Shown: positions 36,806-47,643, numbered from the stretch's first letter. The stretch: DNA of 64,000 bases from an uncultured Planctomycetota bacterium (GCA_963845755.1 CAWJTV010000041.1:352001-416000), one strand, 5' to 3'. The notes: generated by a model from the letters alone, not told the origin. Translations and numbers: made by a program.

Positions 36806-38086
36806 TTACAAGAACCGCGTCTGGCCCGGGATCGCAACCTGGCTGAGCGGCGGCTGGGCATTCCAATCGTACTGCGGAGGGCTGAGGACCTCCTTGGAGT
36901 TCATCGCCATGTCCCAGGTGATCTCCTGGCCGGTGTACGCGGCCATGCGGCCCATGATGGCCAGCAGGCTGCTCCGCGCCATGTACTCGCCATTCTGGAT
37001 CGGCTTGCTGTTGCGGATGCTGGCGAACAGCTCGTCGTGCTCGGACTGATACATCTGGTTCTGGGGACCTTCGAAGATCCACTCGCCGGCCCCGGAACGA
37101 ATCCGCATGCCACGCCGGCGTTCCATGAACTGGGCCTGCCCCTTGGTCCCCATCACCCAACAGCTCATGTCGTTCTTGCAATTCGGCTGCTGGCGGCAGT
37201 TGCTGACGAGCTTCGCACCGTCGGCGTATTCGTAGACCACTGAGAAATGGTCGTAGATCTGGCCGTACTCCGGACCAGTGAGCACCTGCCGGCCGCCCAT
37301 GCCGACGGCCTTGACGGGGTACCTTTCCTTCATCACCCAGGAACAGACATCGAGGTAGTGGACGTGTTGTTCCACGTTGAAGTCGCCCGACAGCCAGGTG
37401 AAGTTGTACCAGTTCCGCATCTGATAGAGCATTTCGGTCCAGCCGGGCTGGCGCGGCTTGTCCCATCGGCCGCTGCGGTAGTCGTTGGCGAACAGGGCGG
37501 AGACCTCGCCGATGGCCCCGTCGTGGATGCGACGGACCGTCTCCTTGAAGCCGTTGTCGTAGCGGAGGCACAGGCCGGAGACGACCGAGAGTCCCTTGGT
37601 CCGGGCCAGCTCGCAGCTCTTGAGCACGGAGTGGACGCCGGGAGCATCGACGCCGACCGGCTTCTCGGCGAAGACGTGCTTGCCGGCCTCGATCGCCGCG
37701 CGGAGGTGGATCGGGCGGAAGTGCGGCGGCGTGCAGAGCAGCACCACGTCCACGCCGCTGCCGAGCAGCTCCTGGTAAGCGTTGAACCCGACGAAGCGGT
37801 GATCGGGCTTGACGGCAACTTTGGCCGAGACGTCCTCGGCCTTCTGCAAGATCTCCAGGCTGTTCTGGAGCCGGTCTTCGAAGGCATCGGCCATGGCAAC
37901 GAGCTGGACGTTCGAATCGGCGGCGAGCGCCTGGGTCGCCGCGCCGGTGCCGCGGTCTCCGCAGCCGATCAGGCCGACCCGGAGTACGTCGCTGCCGGCC
38001 GCGTGGACGTTCGGCACCGCCGCCAACGTGCCGGCAATGGCGGCCGTCTTGAAAAAGTCCCGTCGTGAGGCGGATCCCGAGGTCAT
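36806..38086 (-). CDS. Gfo/Idh/MocA oxidoreductase with Tat signal
   Basis: SRRDFFK, GLIGCGDRG, HVFAEKP, EQHVHYLD. Confidence 0.92.
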   Translation of the reverse strand: MTSGSASRRDFFKTAAIAGTLAAVPNVHAAGSDVLRVGLIGCGDRGTGAATQALAADSNVQLVAMADAFEDRLQNSLEILQKAEDVSAKVAVKPDHRFVGFNAYQELLGSGVDVVLLCTPPHFRPIHLRAAIEAGKHVFAEKPVGVDAPGVHSVLKSCELARTKGLSVVSGLCLRYDNGFKETVRRIHDGAIGEVSALFANDYRSGRWDKPRQPGWTEMLYQMRNWYNFTWLSGDFNVEQHVHYLDVCSWVMKERYPVKAVGMGGRQVLTGPEYGQIYDHFSVVYEYADGAKLVSNCRQQPNCKNDMSCWVMGTKGQAQFMERRRGMRIRSGAGEWIFEGPQNQMYQSEHDELFASIRNSKPIQNGEYMARSSLLAIMGRMAAYTGQEITWDMAMNSKEVLSPPQYDWNAQPPLSQVAIPGQTRFL

Positions 38087-38097
38087 GGCCTGTCCTC

Positions 38098-38976
38098 TCA
38101 TTTCTTCAAGGGATGCAGTTCAAACCGGCGGACGAAAAGCTCGAATCCCTCGGATTGTAGCAGGATCTTCCCGGCGGAGGGGGAGATGTCATGGGCCGCG
38201 TTGATCGTCTGGCCGTTGACCCGGATCATCATCCGGTCCTGCTCGCAGAGGCAATCGACCTGGGTCCAGGCGCCGAGGGCACTCTCCACGTCGTCTTTAC
38301 CATGAGTGTCGAGCAGCTCCTGGAAGTCGGGGTCGTGCCGCGACCACCAGAGTTGACGATCCCCGACGAAGACCCGAGGCTCCCCCCCTGCCCTCCACCG
38401 CGGTCGTTTGTCGGGACCGAGGACGATCGGACTGGTGAGTCGCACGGGAATCGGTCCTCCTTTGGCGTCCTTGCCGCGGATGACGATGAGGTCGCCCACA
38501 CAACCCTGGGCGAGCTGGCATTCGATCGACGACATCCACATGCCCCCGGCGCCGCCGTCCGGGCCGGTCGCATGCAGCAGGATGCCGGAGTTCCGGACGA
38601 ACTTCCCGCCGTTGGTCCGCTTGCCCCACTTGTATTCGACGATCAAGTGATAATCGCGATACGCCTTCTCGGTGGCGATGTAGCCGTTGCCCTCCCCGGT
38701 GATGTGCAGCAGGCCGTCCGTGACCCGGAAGACCTGGTGGGGATCCTCGTGCTTCGTGTCCTCGAGCCAGGTGGATAAGCCGGCAAGCGTCTTGCCATTG
38801 AAGAGCTTGATCACCCCACTCGGCTGAACGGCACCGGGTTGGTTGTCGTCTCCGCCGTAGGCCGCAGGCTGGAGAGAGCCGGTAGTCAGGACGCAGAAGA
38901 AAAGCGCATGGAGCGTTCTTCTCGTCCTCGTGACGAGATTCGACGACCGCGGTCCGGACGACTTGATGACGTTCAT
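38098..38976 (-). CDS. DUF1080 (3-keto-disaccharide hydrolase-like) secreted protein
   Basis: KLFNGKTL, RNSGILLH, IECQL, GKILLQSEG. Confidence 0.88.
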   Translation of the reverse strand: MNVIKSSGPRSSNLVTRTRRTLHALFFCVLTTGSLQPAAYGGDDNQPGAVQPSGVIKLFNGKTLAGLSTWLEDTKHEDPHQVFRVTDGLLHITGEGNGYIATEKAYRDYHLIVEYKWGKRTNGGKFVRNSGILLHATGPDGGAGGMWMSSIECQLAQGCVGDLIVIRGKDAKGGPIPVRLTSPIVLGPDKRPRWRAGGEPRVFVGDRQLWWSRHDPDFQELLDTHGKDDVESALGAWTQVDCLCEQDRMMIRVNGQTINAAHDISPSAGKILLQSEGFELFVRRFELHPLKK

Positions 38977-39010
38977 GGTCCCTCCCGGAGTCAACGGCCC
39001 GCCTTACTAT

Positions 39011-39901
39011 CTACTCCCCACGCGAGGGCAGATCAACCCACTCCTTCCGGGTGAACGGTGACGCGGCCTCGGAGCCGGCCGGCAGGAACGGAAAGAGCCG
39101 GGCTCGCGCGGCGGCATCGAGCGGGGCTCCGTACTCCGAGACCTCGAACGCTTCGAGGATCCGGACCCGGCCGCCGTGTTCCTGGCCATAGGTCTTGACG
39201 AGCAGGTCGCGGTAGCGGTCGGCCATCGGCTGGATCCGCTGTCGCAACCGCTCGGCCAGCCAGGCGCGACGGGCGTCGTCCTCAGGGGGCACGTGGTCGA
39301 GATGGCCGGCGTTGTAGGGGAGCCATTCGAAGAACTGGGATCGATGGCAGGCCAGCATCGCGACGAGCCGATCGAATACGTCGTCGATGTCCACGGCGAC
39401 GTGGGGCTCGAAGCGGCATGGCCTGGTGAAGGCATCGGAAAAGTAGAGAATCACCGGGCATGCCGCGAGGTGCGGCACGTCGGGACAGATGGCGGGCACC
39501 GTCAGCAGGTAAGACGCGTCCTGGACGAGCAAGCCGGCGAACCGATGATCGGGATGATAATCGGTCGATCGGTGAGTGATGACCAGGTCGGGCCGGAACG
39601 ACCGGATCAGGCGGATGACCTCATGGCGATACTCCAGGCGGTCGTCGAGCTCCCCGTCGGGATGATCGAGGACCTCGTAGGTCGCACCGATGGTCGCCGC
39701 GGCGGCCTGGGCCTCGCCGCGACGCCGGCTCGCCAGCTCGGGCCCGGGCATCGTCTGATGCCCCGCGCGTCCGTTGGTCAGGCTCACCATCCGGACGATG
39801 TGGCCCAGCGCGCACCACCGGGCCGCCGTCCCGCCCGCCTTGATGTCGGCATCATCCGGATGGGCGCCGATGATGAGGATCCGTAGCGGCTGTTCGAGCA
39901 T
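39011..39901 (-). CDS. PIG-L family deacetylase
   Basis: GAHPDDAD, DYHPDH, EAFEVSEYG. Confidence 0.9.
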   Translation of the reverse strand: MLEQPLRILIIGAHPDDADIKAGGTAARWCALGHIVRMVSLTNGRAGHQTMPGPELASRRRGEAQAAAATIGATYEVLDHPDGELDDRLEYRHEVIRLIRSFRPDLVITHRSTDYHPDHRFAGLLVQDASYLLTVPAICPDVPHLAACPVILYFSDAFTRPCRFEPHVAVDIDDVFDRLVAMLACHRSQFFEWLPYNAGHLDHVPPEDDARRAWLAERLRQRIQPMADRYRDLLVKTYGQEHGGRVRILEAFEVSEYGAPLDAAARARLFPFLPAGSEAASPFTRKEWVDLPSRGE

Positions 39902-39917
39902 GATTCGGGACCGATTC

Positions 39918-41413
39918 TTACTCGGCCGCCCCCTCCAGTTGCGGTTGCTTGGTCTGACCGAAGCCGACATTCGAGCGGGAATCGAATAACAGCTTGTCTC
40001 CGGAGAACTTCAGGCCGAGGGTCACAATGAACGGCGTCTCATAAAAACAGATCTTGACTGCGTAAGTGTCGTCCCCGGTCCAGGCGCCGCTCACCGCCGC
40101 CGGTTGCTCGCGAAACGTGCCAAACGCGACCTGCCCTTTCCGCCACGCCCCGCGGCCGCCGGTGATCCGCTGCTCTGCGCCGTCGAATCGTGCAATCAGG
40201 GTCACCGCGCCGTCCGGACCGCCGTCCTCGAACCGGATCGCCTGGAGTTTCCGCGCGTTCTTCGGGAAGACGTAGGTCTTGCCGGAAACGCGTGCGGCTA
40301 TCCCGTTGGACAACGAGCCCTCCTGGGGGCGGATCGCCAGTCCGGCGAGGGTACGTTCGAGCGTTTTCCGGGCGCCGTCATCGGCGGCCAGGGGCGCCGA
40401 CTTCATGCCCGGGAGGAGATGATCCCAGACCAGGTTCAAGATGGACTGCATATCACCGACACCGCTGGTGATGGCGATCACGGCATCCTGCTCGGGCATC
40501 ACGACGCAGAACTGGCCGAAGGCTCCGTCACCCCGAAAGGCGCCATGTCGACAGCGCCAGAACTGGTAGCCGTAGCCCTGATCCCAATCGCTTTTCGGGC
40601 TGCTGCCGTTGGAGGTCTGGCGCGCAGTGGCGGCCTCGACCCACGCCTCGGGGACGAGCTGTTTCCCCTGCCATTTTCCCTTCTGCAAGTAGAGCTGACC
40701 GAACCGCGCGATGTCCTCGGTGCGGACGCTCAATCCGTAGCCGCCGAGCGTGACGCCTTGCGGGCTGGTCCCCCACGTCGGGTGTTCGATGCCCAGCGGT
40801 TCGAACAGCCGCGGCCGCAGGTAATCGAGCACGGTCGTACCCGTCACCTTCTGGACGATGGCCGAGAGCATGTAGGTCGCCGAAGTATTGTAAAGGAAAT
40901 GAGTGCCCGGCTTGAACCGCACCGGGTGGGCCAGGAACGCATTGGCCCAGTCCTTGGCCGTCCGTAACGTTGGCTCGGATTGATGCCCGGTCGACATCCG
41001 CAGCAGGTCACTGACGCGCATCGCCTTCAGCAACGCGCTCGGCTTCTCCGGCGCATCTTCGGGGAAGAATTTCAGGATTTCATCATCGACGCTCAACTTC
41101 CCTTCCGCGACAGCCAGGCCGACGGCGGTCGAGGTGAAGCTCTTGCTGAGCGAATACAGTTCGTGGCGGGTTTCCGCGTCATAGGGCGACCACCATCCCT
41201 CCGCTACCACGTGACCGTGGCGCACCGAGCATGAAGCTGTGCATGGCGTCGGTCTTTTTGTCGGCGGCTTGAACGAACGCGAGGATGGCGGACGACGCGA
41301 CGCCCTGCGATTCCGGGCTGCTGCGCGGCAGGGCCGAGTCCGGAGGACGGTTCGGCCCCGAGACAGAGACTCCCGCTGCAAACGACCAGTCCGACGAAAA
41401 ATGAGTTCTTCAT
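39918..41413 (-). CDS. Secreted serine hydrolase, beta-lactamase-related (indels in 5' part)
   Basis: YSLSKSF (SxxK), FLYNT, GYGYQFW, RGDGAFGQ; signal MKNSFFVGLVVC. Confidence 0.85.
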
Positions 41414-42580
41414 GGTGATGATCCAAGATCGGTTTGACCGGGCGACACGACGCTCATTTGACGGGCCCGTCATGGCCCGGTCAAGCGTGGACCGGGCAAA
41501 GCGCGCGCGTCGGTTCCGCGGCGGCCGGCCTCGCGGAGGCGCACACCGTCCGCTCATCCCCGGCAAGAAGAAGGCGTCCGGAGGGTGGCTGAGGGGGCGA
41601 GTCATCGGCAGCGCGACCCGTCCCGAGTCGGGACGAAACCCGCGGAACCGGCTCGATCTGCCGATTCCGAGAAATCACGCAAATCACAACAACCCTGTCA
41701 TTAATCGTCACCGGAATATCTTGCCCGATCCCTATAATCGTGGCTTCGTTTTCCTCGAAATCGCGTCCGAGGGGGGCACAGTGGGTTCGTTTTGTCGATT
41801 TCGCGTCGCTGGTTGATCGGACCAGGGCCTTGGGAATCGGACTGAACTGCTCATCCATAGGAATCGCTACGACCCTCTCAATCATCATCAGTGGCGAATC
41901 TTGCTTGATCGCCAAAATCGTGGCTTCGATTTCGTCGAAAGCGCGTTCGTCCTGGGGTGAATTGGCTTCGTTTCGACCAACTCGCGCCGGCTCCTGTCCC
42001 GCCACGCACCACTCGCCACCCGCCACCAACGAGCGGTGGCTTCGATTCGGCGATTCCGTTTTCCGACGATCGCCGAGTTCATCGATTTGTGCGTTCTGTT
42101 CGTCCCGCATCCGACCACCTTGTTATCTTATCTCTTTTGCGCACCCCGAACGCTGTGGCAAGTCCCATTACACTTAATTATACACACTTTTTCGGGGGCG
42201 ATATTTCGGCTCAGGGTTTTCCTGGGTCGGGTTGGGGCGATTGTGACGATAATGTGCCTCAAGTAGTGAGAGGCCATCCGCCTAGCGTGGATTCCTCCTG
42301 AGCACCCAGCGAGTCGTCTCCTTCGCCTTTCCTCGCGGACAGCCTTCGTCGGCCGGGTCGAAGAGGACCGTCGAGCGCAATTCATCGAGGCGTGCCTGCT
42401 GCGGGAATTCGACCAGACGAGTCTTTGCTTCTGTGAGGGAGGCCGTGGGACCGATCGGGAGATCAGAGCCAATCGCCCCGGAGCAAACAATGAGGGTTCC
42501 GCGAATGCGAGAGGCCACCGCCGTATGGAAAGCACCCATGCGAAGGCGCCTCACCGCGTAGCTCACCCATCCGATCAGGT

Positions 42581-44191
42581 CTACTCCGCCCCGACATGCT
42601 CCCCCGGCTCGGCTACCGAGCGCTTCATAAGCGGCACGAGAACGACGAGTGCCAGGGCGAGCACGCCGAACAGCCAGAAGACATCGAAGTAGGCCAGTGA
42701 AACCGCTTGCTGCTGGCGGAGGTCCGACAGTGCCTGCAAGGCCATCTCCTGCGACGCGCCCGGGTCACCCGTCTGCTGGAAGTAGAAGGCCCGGGCCTGC
42801 TGGAGGAACGAGTCCACCGCGGGATTGAGGGGGTCGAGAAACTCGCCCACACGCGCCGTGTGGAAATGTTCGCGCCGCCACTCGAGGGCCGGGGCCAGGG
42901 AAGTGCCGACGCTGCCCCCCTCGTTGCGGAGTAAGGAGAACAGGCCCACCGCGGCCCCGCGCAGATGGGGCGGGATGTACTTGAAGGCGGCCACGCTGAT
43001 CGGAGCGAAGATCAGCGAGAGGCCGGTGATCAACACCACCCTCGGCCAGATCACTATACTCGGACTGATGGACAGATTCATCAGCGCCATCCAGTAATTC
43101 CCGGCCGCCATGATCAAGAGGCCCCCGGCAATCAACCAGCGGGCATCGACGCCCCGGCCAATCAGGGCGCCGACAACGAACAATCCCATGACGGAGAAAA
43201 TGCCCGAGGGTGACTGCACGAGCCCCGAGACATAGGCGTCGTAGCCGAACTGGGATTGGAGCAGGCTCGGAAGGGACGTGCTGGCGCCGTAGAGCACACC
43301 GAACGCACAGAAGATGATGATGGAGGAGACTGTGAAGTTCCGCTCGCCCAGCGGCCGGAAGTTGACCACCGGATTGGCAATCCGCATCTCCCGGAAGACC
43401 AGGCTCCCCAGCCCGAGAACGAACAGGATGAAGAGCGTCTGCACCCGCCAGGACGGGTCGTTGTACCAGTCCCACTCCTGCCCCTTGCTGAGCATCACTT
43501 CCCAGCTCGACATCATCAGGGTGAGCAAGCCCAGGCCGATGTAGTCGAAATTGAGCGGTTGCCGGCGCAGCTCGGCCCGCTGCTTCTTGAGGTAGGCCGG
43601 GTCCTCGACCAGGAGGTAAGACAGGAGGAAGCCGATGGCGCCGACGGGGAGATTGATGTAGAAGATCCAGCGCCAGTCGTAGGTGACCGTGAGATAACCG
43701 CCCAGGGTCGGGCCGACGACCGGCGCCAGCAGGGCCGCCACGCCGAACATCGTCTGGGCGGCGCCTTGTTTCTCGGGCGGGAAGCTGTCCAGGAGGATCG
43801 CCTGGCTGGACGGCTGGAGTCCTCCACCGCCCACGCCCTGGATCACCCGGAAGAGGATCAGTTGTCCGAGGCTGGTCGCCATGCCGCACAGGCCCGAGGC
43901 GATCGTGAAGACGGCGATCGAGAGGAGGAAGTAGTTGCGACGGCCGAGGCGGGCCGATAACCAGCCGGTGATGGGCAAGATGGTGGCATTGGCCGCGAGG
44001 TAGCTGGTGAGGACCCAATCACTATCGACGTTCGCTGCCGATAGGCCGCCGGCGATGTACCGCAGCGCCACATTGGCGATCGTGGTGTCCAGCACTTCCA
44101 TGAAGGTGGGCACGACCACCGCGGCCGCGACGACCCAGGGGTTGATCGCCGGGCGGCTCGCGGCGGTCGGCGCCAGGGCCACGCTGCTCAT
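42581..44191 (-). CDS. DHA2 (EmrB/QacA) MFS efflux transporter
   Basis: FMEVLDTTIANVAL, GPTLGG, WRWIFYINLP. Confidence 0.93.
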   Translation of the reverse strand: MSSVALAPTAASRPAINPWVVAAAVVVPTFMEVLDTTIANVALRYIAGGLSAANVDSDWVLTSYLAANATILPITGWLSARLGRRNYFLLSIAVFTIASGLCGMATSLGQLILFRVIQGVGGGGLQPSSQAILLDSFPPEKQGAAQTMFGVAALLAPVVGPTLGGYLTVTYDWRWIFYINLPVGAIGFLLSYLLVEDPAYLKKQRAELRRQPLNFDYIGLGLLTLMMSSWEVMLSKGQEWDWYNDPSWRVQTLFILFVLGLGSLVFREMRIANPVVNFRPLGERNFTVSSIIIFCAFGVLYGASTSLPSLLQSQFGYDAYVSGLVQSPSGIFSVMGLFVVGALIGRGVDARWLIAGGLLIMAAGNYWMALMNLSISPSIVIWPRVVLITGLSLIFAPISVAAFKYIPPHLRGAAVGLFSLLRNEGGSVGTSLAPALEWRREHFHTARVGEFLDPLNPAVDSFLQQARAFYFQQTGDPGASQEMALQALSDLRQQQAVSLAYFDVFWLFGVLALALVVLVPLMKRSVAEPGEHVGAE

Positions 44192-44262
44192 GCGGGGGCT
44201 CCTTCGTCGTGAGGAAAGACATAGGAGGGATCGCAAGGTTCCCTTGATTCATCCGTGCTCGG

Positions 44263-45906
44263 TCAGGGGCCGCTGGGGCCTTTGGGAACGGGAGGGTTCG
44301 ATGGCGCGGCTTCCCCGGAGATCGACACGACGGGCCCTCGTGGAAGCGCGCGGCGCGGTTGTAGCATCTCGCCGGCGTGTGGCCCAACGGGCCGTTCCTT
44401 GTAATACACATACGGGACGACCGACAGACCGACGAACAATGGGACCTTGTCGGGATCGTAGTTGGTCAGCTCGACGCGAACCGGCAGCCGCTGGACGATC
44501 TTCACGAAGTTGCCGGTGGCGTTCTGCGGCGGGAGCAGGGCGATGGTTTGACCGGTCCCCATGCTGAAGCCGGTGATGCGGCCCTCGTATTCGCGCCGGC
44601 TGCCGTACATGTCCACCTCGCAGCGCACCCGGTGGCCGATGCGCAGGTCGCCGAGCTGCGTCTCCTTGAAGTTGGCATCGATCCAGATCTCCGTGAGCGA
44701 TCGGACCGCCATGACGCTCTGCCCCGCCTGGACGTTATTGCCGGGGTTGACGTTGCGGCGGGTCACCAGGCCATCGATCTCGCTGGCGACGTCGCAATAG
44801 CGGAGGTTCAGGTCCGCCTGGGCGAGGTCGCTCCGGGCCTGGAGGAGCCTGGTCTCGGCCTGCCGGACCGCCGGCGCCTCCGGCACGATCCGCTCGAAGA
44901 TGCGGTCGATGTTCCCCGCCTTGTCGCGGCGCGCGAATTGATCGAGGGCTTGCCGGGGCGTCTGGGAAGAGGAGGTGAGGGGGAGGCCAACCTGCGCCAG
45001 GCTCTGGACCAGGGCGGCCAGCGCCTCGCGGACGCCCGAGAAGGTCTGGTTGAGGTCGGTGGGGACGTCCGCCAGGTCTCCCGTCTCGGGGCGCGGGGCG
45101 AGTCCGAGGGCGACCCGCGCCTCATAGACGTCCTCAAGGGCCTGCTTGGCCCCGGCTTCGGCCGTCCGCTGGGCCTCGAGGCGCTGGTCGAAGTCTTCGC
45201 GGGAGAGCGCGTTGCGGCTGAAGATGCCCTTGGCGCGGGCGAAGTCGGCCCTGGCGCGGTCGAGGGTCGCCTCCTTGCTCCGCAGGGCCGCGACCCGGGC
45301 CCGGAGCTGCGCGACCGCGTCGTCGACGTCCTCCATCGACCTCTGGAGCTTCCACCGCTGGCTCCGGGCCAGGGCCAGGGTGCCCCGGACCTGGGACCGG
45401 GCGACCTCCAGGTCGGCCTCGGCGTTGACCACGGCCGCCTTCTTGATGTCGACCTGGACCTGGTACGGCTCCTTGTCGAGCTGGACGAGCAGGTCCCCCT
45501 TCCACACGCGGTAGTTGTCATCCACCAGGACGCGGCTCACCAGGCCGGCGACCCGCGGGGCCACGAGCGTCACGTGGCCGTTGACGTACGCGTCGTCGGT
45601 GGAGACGGTGTTCAACATCGTTTCCACGTAAGGGATCAAGGAGTACCCGCCGGCCGCCAGGCCGACCACCACCCCCGCCCGCAGCAGCCATTTGCGCCAC
45701 GGGTGCGCCGGCGCCCCGGCCGCGGGCGGCGGGGTGTCCGAGGGGTGATCGATGCGTGCCGTGTCCGCGGCCCGGTGGTCCGGTCGGACGGCTGCATCGG
45801 CTCGCGGCGGGCGTTGGCCGTCCAGCGCCTCCGCCGGCGCGGCCCCGGCACGCGTCGATCCGGCCTCGTTTGCGGGTCCTGAACGCCCGTCATATGTGGT
45901 CGCCAT
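44263..45906 (-). CDS. HlyD/EmrA-type membrane fusion protein
   Basis: STDDAYV, ANFKETQL, LLPPQNATGNFVKIVQRLPVR. Confidence 0.93.
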   Translation of the reverse strand: MATTYDGRSGPANEAGSTRAGAAPAEALDGQRPPRADAAVRPDHRAADTARIDHPSDTPPPAAGAPAHPWRKWLLRAGVVVGLAAGGYSLIPYVETMLNTVSTDDAYVNGHVTLVAPRVAGLVSRVLVDDNYRVWKGDLLVQLDKEPYQVQVDIKKAAVVNAEADLEVARSQVRGTLALARSQRWKLQRSMEDVDDAVAQLRARVAALRSKEATLDRARADFARAKGIFSRNALSREDFDQRLEAQRTAEAGAKQALEDVYEARVALGLAPRPETGDLADVPTDLNQTFSGVREALAALVQSLAQVGLPLTSSSQTPRQALDQFARRDKAGNIDRIFERIVPEAPAVRQAETRLLQARSDLAQADLNLRYCDVASEIDGLVTRRNVNPGNNVQAGQSVMAVRSLTEIWIDANFKETQLGDLRIGHRVRCEVDMYGSRREYEGRITGFSMGTGQTIALLPPQNATGNFVKIVQRLPVRVELTNYDPDKVPLFVGLSVVPYVYYKERPVGPHAGEMLQPRRALPRGPVVSISGEAAPSNPPVPKGPSGP

Positions 45907-45970
45907 GGCGATTTCCTCCCCTTTCAGGCGGTCCCAGTTCCATGGATCGCTGTATTACGCCGGCAAGAAA

Positions 45971-46029
45971 GTAGGTCAGGCTTTCCAGCCTGACGCATCA
46001 GAAGAGTCAGGCCGGAAAGCCTGACCTAC
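45971..46029. repeat. GTAG-family REP doublet (REPIN-like hairpin)
   Basis: GTAGGTCAGGCTTTCCAGCCTGAC ... GTCAGGCCGGAAAGCCTGACCTAC, 23/24 complementary. Confidence 0.85.
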
Positions 46030-46730
46030 GTGAGGATCTTTGTTGCCGTAGTAGTACCGTCCGCAGAGCGATGGCGTCCCCGGAGAATCACGGCGCCCGA
46101 TCCGCGTGCGATCGGATGAGATTCGCCGAGGCACCGGGGGCGGTGCGGTGCGGTTTCCTCCGGAGCCGAAGCGGCAACGGATCGACTGGTCCCTGAGCCG
46201 CGCTCCGGCGCGGCCCGTTGGCCGGGCGTCTCCGGGGAGAAGTCGACCGTAGCGGTCACCGGTAAGCCGCCCCGATAGACCTGTTCGGGCGGCAAGACGG
46301 CGGGCTGGTCCCCCGACCAACGGCCGATGACAGGCGCGGCGCTGAGGGCGTCGTTGGCGATGGTGTTGCGCGTGACCGGCGGGATGCTCGCGCCGCCGGC
46401 GCCGTTGGCCCCGGAGCCGACGACGATCGTCACGGCGGCTCCCCCATTCGATCCAGTCGGCGCCGTCGTGGCGAGGCTGGGGACGCCGGCGCCGTTCCCC
46501 GGCAGCAGGCCGGCGACTCCCGCCGAGCCCGATATGGCCGACGGCGTGAGGAAGCCGGGGCCGCCCGACTGGCCGAAGGGATCGGCGGCGATGACGGGGA
46601 AGGGACTCAGCAGGAGGACGTAGCCGCCGGTCGTCAGCACGGTCGCACCCGGGTTGGGGACCACCGGGACGAGACGATCCTCCAGTTCGCAGGCCCGCAG
46701 GTCGGGACGGTACTTCAGAAGTGCCTTCAT
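46026..46730 (-). CDS. Hypothetical low-complexity protein with planctomycete-type N-terminal LE(D)R motif
   Basis: RPDLRACELEDRLVP after GGAGG RBS. Confidence 0.6.
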   Translation of the reverse strand: MKALLKYRPDLRACELEDRLVPVVPNPGATVLTTGGYVLLLSPFPVIAADPFGQSGGPGFLTPSAISGSAGVAGLLPGNGAGVPSLATTAPTGSNGGAAVTIVVGSGANGAGGASIPPVTRNTIANDALSAAPVIGRWSGDQPAVLPPEQVYRGGLPVTATVDFSPETPGQRAAPERGSGTSRSVAASAPEETAPHRPRCLGESHPIARGSGAVILRGRHRSADGTTTATKILT

Positions 46731-46886
46731 AGTCTCACCTCCAGGGGACACGCAGTGGGAGCGGGGTGAGGACCTCGGGCATGTTCCGGCCATACTCGCC
46801 GATGTCCTGCTTGTGGGCGATCAGCCTGTCGCCGGCAGGTTGGTTCCGGGCTGGGGGTCCGCCTGGAATCTTGCCCGTGAGATACT

Positions 46887-47267
46887 TCACGAGTCGCGGC
46901 CTGGAGCCGCCCCTGCCCGACCGAGGAACTCGACCACGGTGCGGTCGCTCATCGACTCATCATCGGCCGGATGATGCGAGGCTTCGACGGCGACTCCGGC
47001 GTCAAGAGTCGCAAGACCCGGGGAGTCGCGCACCTCGATCTCATTGGCCGTAATTGGCGCCCGGGTCATGTCCATGAGCGCATGCTGCGCCAATTGCCTC
47101 GCATGGTGGGACCGGGTATTTCCGCTCAGGACCAGACCGGCCTCGCGGATCGACAGGCGGAAATCGCGGAGCCGCCCGCCCAGCCGCTGGCAGATCAGCC
47201 CTTCCAGCTCGGCTAGCGTCTCCGGCGTCAGCGGGTCGGGTCTCTCGATGTCGGGCTCACGACTCAT
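46887..47267 (-). CDS. Small BON-like domain protein
   Basis: GLVLSGNTRSHHARQLAQHALM..ANEIEV. Confidence 0.7.
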   Translation of the reverse strand: MSREPDIERPDPLTPETLAELEGLICQRLGGRLRDFRLSIREAGLVLSGNTRSHHARQLAQHALMDMTRAPITANEIEVRDSPGLATLDAGVAVEASHHPADDESMSDRTVVEFLGRAGAAPGRDS

Positions 47268-47545
47268 GGCTGTCCCTCTCTGGAGAAGCAACGGCCGACG
47301 ATTCACCTCTGGGTCCCCGCGGTTCCGTGAAAGCTGGACTGCAGGCTCAGTGGCGTGGTGTGAGGCGGCTGGAGGGGTCCACGGCCCGACCGGAGTTTGA
47401 GGAGATCCCGGGCGTGTCACCGGCCACGCCGAGTGACGCCAGGATCATCACCATTCCGGCTGCCCGCAGCCGACGGGGCAACGTGACCATCACGAGTTGC
47501 GTCCTGTGTCATCTCGGGCCTGAACAGATCCTCCGACCTTTCCTT

Positions 47546-47626
47546 CCCGACTTACTGAGCGTGGCAAGGGCGACGTGGGACCTGGTATCTCAGCGTCCGA
47601 CGAAGGCCACCCTCGACACTGGCGCG
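47546..47626. repeat. 81-bp direct repeat, copy A
   Basis: 75/81 identical to 53670-53750. Confidence 0.9.
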
Positions 47627-47643
47627 ACCGCGCCTTGTCGGCG

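Noticed and set aside
47546..47626. TPP riboswitch (GCTGAGA on the minus strand)
   Set aside because: The other conserved TPP elements are absent, copy B has GCTGCGA, and no thiamine genes are nearby
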